This document shows, one piece after another, positions 24,282 through 36,267 of a DNA stretch of 52,453 bases; the stretch's first letter is position 1, and the number at the start of each line of letters is the position of its first letter. The stretch is taken from the NCBI RefSeq assembly GCF_001194135.2, contig NC_068981.1:143758743-143811195 (forward strand), written 5' to 3'. The DNA comes from Octopus bimaculoides. Lineage: Eukaryota. The notes under the pieces are model-generated. The model had not been told where the DNA came from. It did not search any database and saw only the letters and a list, made by a program, of their open reading frames with translations. The translations under genes were made by a program, and so were the position numbers.

Positions 24282-24775
24282 TAGATATAGGTAAGCAGCT
24301 TTTTTGTTATAGTTTTCAGGTCATAAAACCCTGCATAGTACGCATGGAGATCCAGTTAAATCCTATAAATTAATTTTCATGAAATTTGAAAAGTTATTGA
24401 AAGAACATTTTGGTCATATATCAAGTAGGTATTATATTGCAATAGAAAGGCGTAGGCATTTCTGGTTATGATGTTTGCTTCGCATCTATATCGGTCCAGG
24501 TTCGCACGTACCACGTGGTACATTATCCACGTTTCTTTTACCCATACATAGCCTGGAGGAGTTTGGCTGGTAGAAACCGTGCCGAGTTTCTCCTGTGTCT
24601 CTTATCACTTAATTCAGTTTTGATGTTTAACATCAAATATAACATAAATTTTATGCGATTTCTACCTGCTAAACTTCGAGTAGTATGAGATTACGTTCAG
24701 CTTTAGAACAAGTATTTATATTCTACTTCTTGAAAATTCCAGTTGTATACCAGGAGTGTATTTTTCCCCTCTGCA

Positions 24776-25094
24776 AGGCGCGTGTCATCGTGGTTAGGGT
24801 ATTCGGCTTGCGATCCTAAGGTCGTGAGTTCAATTCCCAGTGACGCGCTGTGTCCTTGAGCAAATCACTTTATTTCACGTTGCTCCATTTCACTCAGCTG
24901 GCAAAAGTAAGTAGTACATTATTTTAAAGGGCAATCCTTGTCGCACTATGTGTCACGTTCAATTTCTCCAAGAACTACGTTAAAAATACACGTGTTTGTG
25001 GAGTGCTGAACCACTTGCACGTTAATTTCACGAGCAGGTTGTTCCGTTGGCCAAATCAACTGGAACGCTCATCGTTGTAACCGACAGAGTGCCA
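24776..25094 (+). mobile_element. tRNA-headed SINE, family D (shares 3' half with family C)
   Basis: Head GGCGCGTGTCATCGTGGTTAGGG...GTGAGTTCAATTCCC; central TGTGTCCTTGAGCAA; 3' GAACTACGTT...CGTTAATTTCACGAGCAGG...GAGTGCCA, as in 4550-4680. Confidence 0.85.
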
Positions 25095-25128
25095 CATTTT
25101 CCTCTCTTTGTTTAAATTATATAAAATT

Positions 25129-25345
25129 CAAGGCGGAAGCTGGCAAGAACGTTAACACGCCGAGCAACATGCTTGGGGACATTTCGTCCATCTTTATGCT
25201 CTGAGTTCAAATTCCGCCGAGGTTGACTTTGCCTTTCATCCTTCCGGAGTCGATAAAATAAGTAGTTATTGAACACTGGGGTCGATGTAATCGACTTATC
25301 CGTTCCCCGGAAATTGCTAGCTTTGTGCCAAAATTTCAAATCAAT
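25129..25345 (+). mobile_element. SINE family A
   Basis: Complete head and body with moderate divergence. Confidence 0.85.
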
Positions 25346-26177
25346 TTACATAAACATGAACTCAAAGCTAAACAGTAATGTAGAATTTAATCAGTAATTG
25401 ATTATTTAACATACCACTTTAGCATATGACTTGCAGCTTAGAACCATGTGTCTCTTACTATATTGCTCCAAATTTGTATCTAAGAGTTCTAAGGTTTGTA
25501 TTTAGGTGTTTGTATCGAAGTGTTCTAACCTAAATAATTCTAAAGGTATTTTTCGCTACCTTTCTAAAACAAATATTATGATAATATTACAAAGTTACAG
25601 ACTTGTTTCCTAACATGTTACTAGCTAATTAATAAACCAGCCACCGGTTTTTGCCAACAAACTCCTTTTCATTTTGAGTCTAAACTATTAAGTCCATTTA
25701 GTTCAATAGAGTCTGGCGAAGGGAATAATCACCGAGAAAAGTATATACCCAACAAAGTACTCTTTCTTACAGTTTTGTTAAAATTAGCAGCAAAGCAATC
25801 TGTAGCTGATTAGCTGTGCACTTTCGGTGATGAAATAACTGGCTTATATGAATTGAATTTATACTTGCTCGCTTCACTAAACTATTTATATACCTCCTTA
25901 TATATGCATACATATATGAATACAGGCACAACACCATTAGGTACAACTCCAGCATACATACAGAGAGGATGCATATCGTTGATTCATATGCTGCAAATGA
26001 TCACGATATCTGGAACAATAAAAATCTGCAAGACGTTCTTGGGATTTAAAGGATGATGGGTAAAACAAGATACTTTCCTTCGCAACCTTGCTACCAAGTA
26101 GGTGGCCGATCAAAATTTAATCTAAATTAAAAAGCGAAGGAGAAGAACATACATACATAAATACATATATACGTACA

Positions 26178-26208
<31 letters not shown>

Positions 26209-26251
26209 GCATGATAGTATGTATGATGTATTTATATACGTAAGTATGGTC

Positions 26252-26655
26252 AAGTGAAGGCGCATAGCTCAGTGCTTAGAGCGTCAAGCTTACGATCATG
26301 AGGTTGTGAGTTCGATTCCCGGACCGGGCTGTGTGTTGTATTTTTGAGCGAGACACTTTATTTCACANNNNNNNNNNCCCGGACCGGGCTGTTTGTTGTA
26401 TTTTTGAGCGAGCCACTTTATTTCACATTTCTCCAGTTAGCTCAGCTGTAGAAATGAGTTGCGACGTCACTGGTGCCAAGCTGTATCGGCTTTTGCCTTT
26501 CCCTTGGATAGCATTGGGGGCGTGGCGAGGAGAGTACAGGCTGGTATGCATGGGTGACTGCCGGCCTTCCACAAACAACCTTGCCCGGACTTGTGCCTCG
26601 GAGGGTAACTTTCTAGGTACAATCCCATGGTCATTCATGACCGAAGGGAGTCTCC
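26252..26655 (+). mobile_element. tRNA-headed SINE, family E
   Basis: AGCTCAGTGCTTAGAGCG (A-box-like) and GAGTTCGATTCCC (B-box-like); shares GAGC.AGACACTTTATTTCAC...CTCAGCTG with family D; distinct 3' part. Confidence 0.8.
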
Positions 26656-26720
26656 AAGTATGTTCTTATTTATATATATATATACATACATATACATATA
26701 TATATATATATGTGTGTGTA

Positions 26721-26769
<49 letters not shown>

Positions 26770-27276
26770 ATATATAAACGCATACATATGCGTGTGTGTT
26801 TATATATTGAGTTCAAAATCTGTATACATTGAATAATAAACATATTTGCTTAGTTATACAAATATTTATAGCAAACACGAATTCATCCAAACGCATAGTC
26901 ATATATGATTCTTCGTTTCTGTATCTCTGTGTCGGCGTATCTATATTTCCACGCAAACAGACGTATGCATGTGCAGATATATACATACACACAGACACAT
27001 ACGTTTGTGTATGCTATTATCTCTTTACGTCTGTGCTTCTGTCTATTCCAGTGTGTAATGCATATATATGCATATGTGTATATGTGTGTGAGTGTGTATA
27101 TGTATGTGTGTATGTATATTTGCATGTGTGTGTATGCGTTTATATAGATATGCATAAAGAGAAAGAAGGGAGACAGAGTTACAAAGCGAATAGGAAATTG
27201 AAGAGATAGAATGGTGTACATACATACATACATTTATATATCTTCTGAGAGTGTGTATGAGTGTTCATATATATAC

Positions 27277-27313
<37 letters not shown>

Positions 27314-28394
27314 CGTACATAAATACACATTCAAATACACACAGAAACACCCACACATACGCAAACACCCACACATACAAAAATACACACACATACGCAC
27401 GCGCACACATATATCGTCATATATTCATGAAGCTCAGTATGAATATATGTACGTACCGTCTTGTATGCATTAAACTATATTTGAAGCATGGGTGTGTAGG
27501 TTTGTTTCTATAAACCGAATTTAACTATGTGCATCTACATTTTTTATGTACGGAGTTATTACTTTACCAATAAATTTCTAACAGCCTCTATACATTTCAT
27601 GTGCAAGATATATAGTGTATATTGAATTAGAACCAATACGTAACAACGGCGTCATATGTACCCACATCTGTCTTCCTGCATACATACATACATACTCATA
27701 CACACGCATACATATGCATACATATATATACGCACAGGCATAAATATATATACATATATATGAGTGTATATGCATATGTTCATATCTGTATACACGTGTA
27801 TATATTGTTTGTACTTATATATTAAACATACTCATGAATATAAACAGACGCATATATACATACATGCATACAAAGAGTTCTTTCAAAACGATACCTTCAT
27901 TCTTCCCATCATCCTCTCTTCTTTATATTACTCTTTCTGTATTACCTTCTATCACTCTTTCTCTCTCTCATCTCTTACACTCTTCCTCTGTTCGAGCTTC
28001 TCTCACATCACTCATACCATTCGATTCCCAGTCCTCTCTCAATCATTTTACGGTTCCATCAATATTTATTTCTTTGCAGCTGATTAGGCATCTGACATGA
28101 CATTATGGCAACGAGGGATTCTGTGTCGCAGTCTTGTAGTGGGTCGTAAATCGAATCCAACCAATAGATGCAAGAGCAAACAGTTCTCTGCAGTGGCACT
28201 CAAGGGTTATATATACACAATTTTCCTCCATTCTTCTGTCGCCATTTTATGCTGTATTTTACTCACTATCTATTAAAGCTTAATTTTTTGGTTTCTATTT
28301 TTCTTGTTTTTGTTTTGGTGTTACTTTTAAAGGAGGTTGTTCTTGTGTGGTAGCATTAGTTTGTGTTTTTAACTATGTGTGCGTGTATATATCG

Positions 28395-28428
<34 letters not shown>

Positions 28429-28954
28429 NNNNNNNNNNNNNNNNNNNNNNNNNNNNNNNNNNNNNNNNNNNNNNNNNNNNNNNNNNNNNNNNNNNNNNNN
28501 NNNNNNNNNNNNNNNNNNNNNNNNNNNNNNNNNNNNNNNNNNNNNNNNNNNNNNNNNNNNNNNNNNNNNNNNNNNNNNNNNNNNNNNNNNNNNNNNNNNN
28601 NNNNNNNNNNNNNNNNNNNNNNNNNNNNNNNNNNNNNNNNNNNNNNNNNNNNNNNNNNNNNNNNNNNNNNNNNNNNNNNNNNNNNNNNNNNNNNNNNNNN
28701 NNNNNNNNNNNNNNNNNNNNNNNNNNNNNNNNNNNNNNNNNNNNNNNNNNNNNNNNNNNNNNNNNNNNNNNNNNNNNNNNNNNNNNNNNNNNNNNNNNNN
28801 NNNNNNNNNNNNNNNNNNNNNNNNNNNNNNNNNNNNNNNNNNNNNNNNNNNNNNNNNNNNNNNNNNNNNNNNNNNNNNNNNNNNNNNNNNNNNNNNNNNN
28901 NNNNNNNNNNNNNNNNNNNNNNNNNNNNNNNNNNNNNNNNNNNNNNNNNNNNNN

Positions 28955-29022
<68 letters not shown>

Positions 29023-29093
29023 ATATATGTGTGTGTGTATAGGATTGGTTCAGAAAAATACATAGATTGATAGATAAATAGATAGATAGGTAA

Positions 29094-29148
<55 letters not shown>

Positions 29149-29170
29149 CAAACACACACACACAGAGATT

Positions 29171-29212
<42 letters not shown>

Positions 29213-29887
29213 GAGGCAGACAGACAGACAGACAGACAGACAGAGAGGCAGACAGACAGACAGACAGACAGACAGATAGTCAGAGAGACAAATGAAGTGA
29301 TATGGAGTCTATTTTTTTACAGTAATATCTCTCTTTTACATTTTCTTTCCATTTCTCTCTCTCTCTCTCTGTTTGTCTTCACTCCCTTCTTTTATTCTTT
29401 TTCTATCCGTCTGTCTGTGTCTCTTCTGCACTTCCATTTTTTTTTTAGGCTTTATATATTCAATCATTTCTGTTTTGTATTCTCTCAGTTGGCTATTTTT
29501 ATCTCCCATTGTTAAAGATTTANNNNNNNNNNNNNNNNNNNNNNNNNNNNNNNNNNNNNNNNNNNNNNNNNNNNNNNNNNNNNNNNNNNNNNNNNNNNNN
29601 NNNNNNNNNNNNNNNNNNNNNNNNNNNNNNNNNNNNNNNNNNNNNNNNNNNNNNNNNNNNNNNNNNNNNNNNNNNNNNNNNNNNNNNNNNNNNNNNNNNN
29701 NNNNNNNNNNNNNNNNNNNNNNNNNNNNNNNNNNNNNNNNNNNNNNNNNNNNNNNNNNNNNNNNNNNNNNNNNNNNNNNNNNNNNNNNNNNNNNNNNNNN
29801 NNNNNNNNNNNNNNNNNNNNNNNNNNNNNNNNNNNNNNNNNNNNNNNNNNNNNNNNNNNNNNNNNNNNNNNNNNNNNNNNNNNNNNN

Positions 29888-29931
<44 letters not shown>

Positions 29932-30074
29932 GTATGTATGTATTTATGCATGCATGTATGTATGTATGTATGTATGTATGCATAATGGACGTTTATTTAT
30001 TGAGGATTTTTCTCATTTTTTTTTTCCGTTCTGTATACTTAGTTTGGAACAATAGTTTTCCTAAATCCATTAGT

Positions 30075-30117
30075 CCATTAACGTTTCAAGACCTTGGCGG
30101 CCTCATCATCAGAATAG
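30075..30117 (-). ncRNA. Minimal type I hammerhead ribozyme motif, second family
   Basis: Minus strand reads CTATT CTGATGA T GAGGCC GCCAA GGTCTT GAAA CGT T AATGG: stem I CUAUU/AAUGG, 6-bp stem II with two G.U pairs, palindromic ACGU. Confidence 0.65.
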
Positions 30118-30564
30118 GTCGCAAAGGATCAGCGAAATACTGCTACAACTGATAAAATCGTCAACGCCCGATTTAAAAATTATAGATCATTTACGTCCTG
30201 CTAGATTTCGTGATTTATTTTACGTGCGATGTAACTATTCGTTGAATTTTTTTTCCGTTTTTTTTTAAAATTTATTTGCTTATTTATTTATTTATTTATC
30301 TATTTATTTATTTATTTATCTATTTATTTATTTATTTCATGGAAATCTATATAAAATTGTAGAATTGTCATCTAATGCTTCTCTATCTTATTTTATTCTA
30401 TGCCGTGATTTTTAACAAATCACTACACCTTCTTATTCTATGTAAATTTACAACTTGCTCGCTTACATCTAAATTTTGTTTCTCTGTTGGTTGGTTGAGT
30501 GATATAGTTATGTGGCATGCTTGTTTGTGGTTCCAGTCGGGATCAATCATTCTTTTACCTTTTA

Positions 30565-30975
30565 TCTTTTATTTCTGTCAGTCATAAGATTGCGGCGATG
30601 CTGTGGCACCGCCTTGAAGAAAATTTTTTAGTCGAATGAATCGACCCAAGTACATATTTTTCAAAATCCTGGTACTTACTCTATTGGCTTATTTTGCCGA
30701 ACCTTTAATTTACGGGGACATAAATATATTAACATTGGTTGTCAAGCGTCAAACAGAGGCACAAATCCACACACACACACACAACACACGCACAAACAAA
30801 ACACACGCACGCACACAGATATTTACGACAAGCTTGTTCCAGTTTTCGTCTACCAAATCCTCTCACAAGGCGTTGATCGGCCCGAGGCTATAGCAGAAGG
30901 CACTTGCCCAAGGTGTCATGCAGTGGGGTTGAACCAGGACCCATGTAGTTGAGAATCAAACTTCTTACTCCACAG
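30565..30975 (-). mobile_element. SINE family B, near full length
   Basis: Reverse complement of the 51396-51811 family. Confidence 0.85.
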
Positions 30976-31279
30976 ACTTACGTTGAGACATGGCTACAAT
31001 TTTCCACCTTCATGAATCTGTAATCTGAAAGACCGTTTTAAAAGCAATATAGGACTATTATTTAATGTGTTCTTCCCTTTTGCAAGACAATAACGTGTAA
31101 TTTGTGATAGATTTGACTGCTTTCCCTGGCAATTCGTGAAACCAACCATACATTCTCTCCCTGATTTCTTCATAATAGGTGTTCAATAAATTTCTTTCTG
31201 ATTCTTGTTCGACAAGTTTTTCTAATGCCTTTCAGTCTCTTTCTCCCCTCCACTCTCTCTCTTCCTCCTTCCCCCCTCA

Positions 31280-31316
<37 letters not shown>

Positions 31317-31429
31317 GCTTCAATATATTAGCTTATCTTATGATGATCCCCCACCGCCTGCCTATTTATACAACTTAGAGTTTTATATGAGAAAGCAGAA
31401 GACAATGGTTAATATCTCGGCATTATAAA

Positions 31430-32033
31430 ATCAAAACTCTTGCCAGGTGGTATAAGCACCACCCTGAGGCTGAAACTGAGGGAGAAAATTTAACGATTCT
31501 TTGGGACTTTCCAGTACATGCAGACAGAGCCGTCAAAGCTGATAAACGGGTTATTGTTGTAAAAGACCAAAGTAATAGAGTCTATTTATTTATTGATCGG
31601 TATGACTATCCATTGTGATCATAATATTTCGGGAAAGGAATTTGTACAAGCTACGAATATATAAATATTTTCTCACTGAAATCGAAAGCATGTGGCATTT
31701 CAAGGCGGTTACAATACCAGCAACTGTAGGGGCAATAGGAATGATCAATAAAATAACTAAAAATTATTTGAGAATGACCCCTAACTTACCATCTCAGCTA
31801 GAAGAGCAAAAGATTGTTTTACCTATTATGTCACACATATTGAGATGAGCATTACCTCTGTGAGAACGTTTACCATTTGCAAAAATAATTTTTCGTTCAT
31901 AATTTGTTTGTGAATGAACAATGTAGTGCGCTTATTTTAATGGGCTCTTATTGTATACGTTGAGTTTCTTTGCCATAGGTCTCAGGAAGACATACTGCAA
32001 GAAATGGAGATAAAATTGTAAGAGTAAAAGCCC

Positions 32034-32034
<1 letters not shown>
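31430..32034 (+). mobile_element. R4/Dong-like non-LTR element, 3' fragment (RLE endonuclease and 3' UTR) ending in (TAA)n
   Basis: WYKHHPEAETEGENLTILWDFPVH...IVVKDQ...LFID...EIESMWHFKAVTIPATVGAIGMI...HILR, matching the R4/Dong C-terminus (ILWDF.IQTD, VIPVVIGALG, TARILR). Degenerate. Confidence 0.8.
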
Positions 32035-32070
<36 letters not shown>

Positions 32071-32093
32071 TGATGATGATGATCATGATCATG

Positions 32094-32126
<33 letters not shown>

Positions 32127-32134
32127 ATGATGAT

Positions 32135-32708
32135 ATTGCACAAAAAGAATACAAGCGCCACCACAATAAAATGTGTGTGTATCTTCATTGGCTCTTATGC
32201 CGAAAACACCAAGATGAAGTAACAGAGAACTTGTACGAGCATGTGCCAAGTAAAGTTATGCAGGAGGATGGATAAGTAACGGTACTCTGGAACTATGATT
32301 TTCAGACGGATCGTGTAATCAAACGCCATCGGCCGGATATTGTCATATTGAGTAAGAGAGACAACTACTGTCAAATCATTGATGTAGCCATACCGAATGA
32401 CATGAATGCTGTGAGTAAAGAGATATTGAAAAAATCACCAAGTACTCCCAATTGAAAATGGAAATGGCAAGACTGTATGGAATGCAAGAGGGTAATGTAA
32501 AAGTGATACCAATGGCTCAATCCCATTCAAACTTCAAAACTTCTTAAGGCAACTGGAAATCCTATGCAAGATTGATGTCGTGCAAAAAGCAGCCTTATCT
32601 GACACAGCGCACATCTTAAGGAAGGGATTATCTGTCTGGGGTCCTTGTTGTGACTTCCCAGATGACTAAAGTCTCCGGTGCATTCTTACCTACACTGTGT
32701 TACGAAGG
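32135..32708 (+). mobile_element. Second R4/Dong-like 3' fragment, 5'-truncated, embedded in (TAA)n/(TGA)n
   Basis: LAQKEYKRHHNKMCVYLHWLLCRK...LYEHVP...VLWNYDFQTDRVIKRHRPDIVIL...IIDVAIPND...KITKYSQLK...VQKAALSDTAHILRKGL (PD-D-type RLE). Followed by (TAA)n 32709-32806. Confidence 0.9.
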
Positions 32709-32763
32709 AATAATAATAATGATAACGATGATAATAATAATAATAACAATAATAATAATAATG

Positions 32764-32807
<44 letters not shown>

Positions 32808-32872
32808 TTTACATTATTTACATTCGACCTGGGTTCTCATTCTTAAGATATTTTTCGATTTTGTTGCTGTTT

Positions 32873-32933
<61 letters not shown>

Positions 32934-33100
32934 CATTATTATCATGATATGCCCGTGGACATACGGCGTAGTGGTTAAGAGCGCGGGCTACTAACCCCAA
33001 AATTCCGAGTTCGATTCCAAGCAGTGGCTTGAATAATATCCGTCGAATGTAAATAATGTAAATAATGTACGTAATTCTTCATCTCTTAAATATAGAACTG
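32808..33100. mobile_element. Head-to-head palindromic remnant of the hammerhead SINE with internal deletions in both arms
   Basis: Minus arm: tail TTTACATTATTTACATT, body CGACCTGGGTTCTCATTC, (TTA)n, then ATATGCCC (32947-32954). Centre: GT. Plus arm: GGACATACGGCGTAGTGGTTAAGAGCGCGGGCTACTAACCCC...GAGTTCGATTCC, then directly ATATCCGTCGAATGTAAATAATGTAAAT. Confidence 0.75.
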
Positions 33101-33109
33101 AATGATAAT

Positions 33110-33290
33110 TTTTCTACTATAGACATAAGGCCTACAGTTCTGAAGAAGGGAGTTAGCTGATTACTGTGGCTCCCAGTACTCAACCGGTACTGATAGTATG
33201 GACTTCATAGTGATGAAGCGCAAAGTCGACTTGGACAGAATTTGATCTCAGAACGTCAAGCCGGGAGATATGCAGCTAAGCATTTTGTGC
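33110..33290 (-). mobile_element. Degenerate SINE family A
   Basis: TTCTACTATAGACATAAGGCC...CCCAGTACTCAACCGGTAC...AAAGTCGAC...GAATTTGATCTCAGAACG. Confidence 0.65.
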
Positions 33291-33486
33291 ACACGAGAAT
33301 AGCTGCTACACTGTCAAATTTATGGCATCTGATTCGAGCCATCTACTCTATGACAGACAAAAGATTATCGGTGGTGGGCCAGTTGTAGTCCACCACCCAC
33401 TCGTAATCCGACCACGCGCACGCATTAACGTCCCATATTCCGTATCCATACACATTCATGCACATACGCCATAAGAAGGTATACAC

Positions 33487-33710
33487 ACAAGGTGAGTACT
33501 GAAAAGTTCTTGGCTTTGGATAAAAGAAAATACAGGAGTATCAGTTAATTATGATCCGCCTGTATTTTCAGCATATTCCCCTCTCAGATTCACACACATA
33601 TTACAGCGGGCTTTCAGTCTTTCTAAGCCCTGTAAAAGAACTCAAACGTTTGGGCCTCCAACCAGGCCTTTCGCGACACCCTTAAAGCCAGGAACTTTTC
33701 AGCACCCTCG
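33487..33710. mobile_element. Mariner-type MITE (~225 bp)
   Basis: Imperfect TIRs ACAAGGTGAGTACTGAAAAGTTCTTGGCTTT and AAAGCCAGGAACTTTTCAGCACCCTCG, followed by TA (33711-33712). No coding capacity. Confidence 0.8.
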
Positions 33711-36267
33711 TATATGCGCTCATACACTTTCGCACACACTCTCATACACACTTACAGATATACAGTGATGGATATGTACATACATGAACAAATACATCCA
33801 TATTATCATACTAAGGTGTAACCACTTTGTAAAGTTACTCTGTTCCTTTCCTCTATGCGTGCCCGTATCTGTCGTGACACACTATCGTATAAGTTCATAC
33901 TTATTCACCAAAAATATCAGATTATACAAAAATATTATGTGAGTCCATCCAGTCCTATAAACCAAAAGATCTCCTCAGTCGGCAGTCCTAGGGGATGCAC
34001 AATTCATTCCACAGAACGGTGTCTAATGAAATGTAATCCAAGTAATAATTTCGTATGTTGTGCATACTCGATCCGATGATGTTCAGATCCTTATGATGTG
34101 AGTCGTTGTTCCTACTATTGCCATAATCCGGTATACCCTGAAAATGTCGAGACAGTTACAGTCGAGGTATACGCGTAAGTGGACAGGACGAGAAAGGAGG
34201 TTCTTGCATGAGTATACAGACCGGGGCATTCATGTAGAAAGTATTTCGAAATTGTTGCAGGTTTACGAGAATCATGAGAATCTCATGGCTATTACACCGA
34301 TGTCAAGCACATTGCAAGAAATGCATCAACGTACGTACTCATAGTTCGTACATTTCCCTGTCTGATAATCTCAGAGCATTTTGCTCTCTCGGTATGTGTA
34401 GTGTGTGTCCTCCCAGTATGTAGCACATGTCTTGAAATGACTATATATGTGTACGAGTGTGTATTTGTATCCACAGACGTGGACATGAATGGGTGTACTC
34501 TTCACTCTCTGTGCTCTGTTTGCTTTCTTCAACTACCTTGTAACCTGGATTTCGCCACTACTATGATTTTGCTTAAATCTGGCCTAAGGGTGATATATAT
34601 TGAGCACTTAACACTATTGTTGGTGTATTTTGTTAAACACTGAGCAAGTGACTTTATTACGTTATCTAATTTTCACAAAACAATTATGCGAACCTTCCGA
34701 TTAAATTCATGAAAAGCGTGTACGTCTTATAAGGACAAATAGCAACACTGTTATTATTTTAATAATACTATATACGTGTATTTGTGTGTGTGTGCGTGTG
34801 TGTATATATGTATATATAGTATATATATATATATATATATACATACTTGCATATACAAGCATACATATATACATACATATATTATATACATCAATCACAC
34901 ACTCACAAACACACACACATACACGTATATATGCAAATATGCATATATATATATGTGTATGTATGTTTGTATGTATGTATATATATATGCGTATGTGTGT
35001 ATGTATGTATACACATATATATCCGTGTGAATGTATTATATATATGCGTGTGTGTGTGTGTGTGTGTGTATGTGTGTGTGCGTGTGTGTGTGTATGTGTG
35101 TGTGCGTGTGTATGTGTGTGTGTGTGTATAACAGCATAGTGTATTTTCTCGAAAGTTTCAGAGTGCTCTATACTGGTTGATTAAAGTTCATAGACCTTGC
35201 TATGTATTAATCTTTGCGTCGCTCATAAACTATTTCTTATACAGGGTTACAGTTCCATATTAAAGCACTCCTTACACAAACAAACCAGATGGGATTTACT
35301 GCTCTTAAACATACCTCCCACAACGGGTTTTATCAGTACCGTTCCCTCAGTGTAAATTTCCGTGTGCATTTAAGTATGTACATACACGCATCCTCACCCA
35401 CTTAGGTACATACACACATACATACAGATATATACTTATATTTAAATATATATATATATATATATATACATATACAAATAAAGCATATGTAATACGAACA
35501 TATACATACATTTGTATATTACATTGTATAATATTTATATGTTATTCACTGTTGAAGTCTATTGTTTTCCATTGAAGCCACGATAATGTCAAATTCTTTC
35601 AACTTTCTATTTAAAAATAAATTAGACATTTAGTGAAAATATAACCCCATTAATAATTGTCTTTTTAATCCATTAAATCCGTATTCATTTTTTGTTTTTT
35701 TTGTTTTTGCTTTTTTTTTCATAAAGAGAGAAACAGAATGGCAAAAGCAGAAAAGCACTGAACTAAATATTGTTTTCATTTTTTTTTTCTTTTCTTTCCT
35801 CTCTTAATGTTCTGTATTCAAGCCATACCCGTGTTGACTTTGACTTTTATCCAGTCGCAGTCAATAAAATATGTATCAGGCATGTACTGTGGTCGATTTA
35901 GCTGACTATATCCTTTCCTTATGAATTTCTGACCTTTTGGTGATATGAAAAATCGATATTTCCGTCATTAATACTTTTTGCAAATGCATGAACTCTACGT
36001 CATCCGATTCTCCCTATCCGTGCATTTATTAATTTCTCCCTTGTCAAATAAAAATCAATATTTCTCTCCATCTCCTGACTGGCATACACTGGAAAGGAGT
36101 TTCTCAATTGTAATCAACTCATTTCTTTCATATCATTACTACACTTGAGAAAAGGAATGAAAGCACTTACTTCAGTTCTGTGCTTCAATAAGAACTTTTT
36201 TTTTTCCGAATTCTATCAAAATATTTTAGCTTTAAAATGGTTAACGGAAAGGAAAGGTGAACAGGCG

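Noticed and set aside
26318-26427. Apparent ~50-bp tandem duplication inside SINE family E
   Set aside because: The two copies flank a 10-N gap, typical of unmerged contig overlap or haplotypes.
28150-28260. CCAAT plus CGCCATTTT (YY1-like) motif with minus-strand ATGGCG (MATEEWRKIVYI*)
   Set aside because: Short motifs are expected by chance; the ORF is 12 codons with no good donor.
28347-30152. Longest ORFs in the track (200-267 aa)
   Set aside because: They run through N-gaps and (TA)n; assembly artefacts. The same applies to ORFs over the other gaps.
34180-34340. TRKEVLA*VYRPGH...YTDVKHIARN, faintly like a Gypsy integrase zinc-binding region
   Set aside because: Similarity too weak, with no adjoining RNase H or integrase core motifs.
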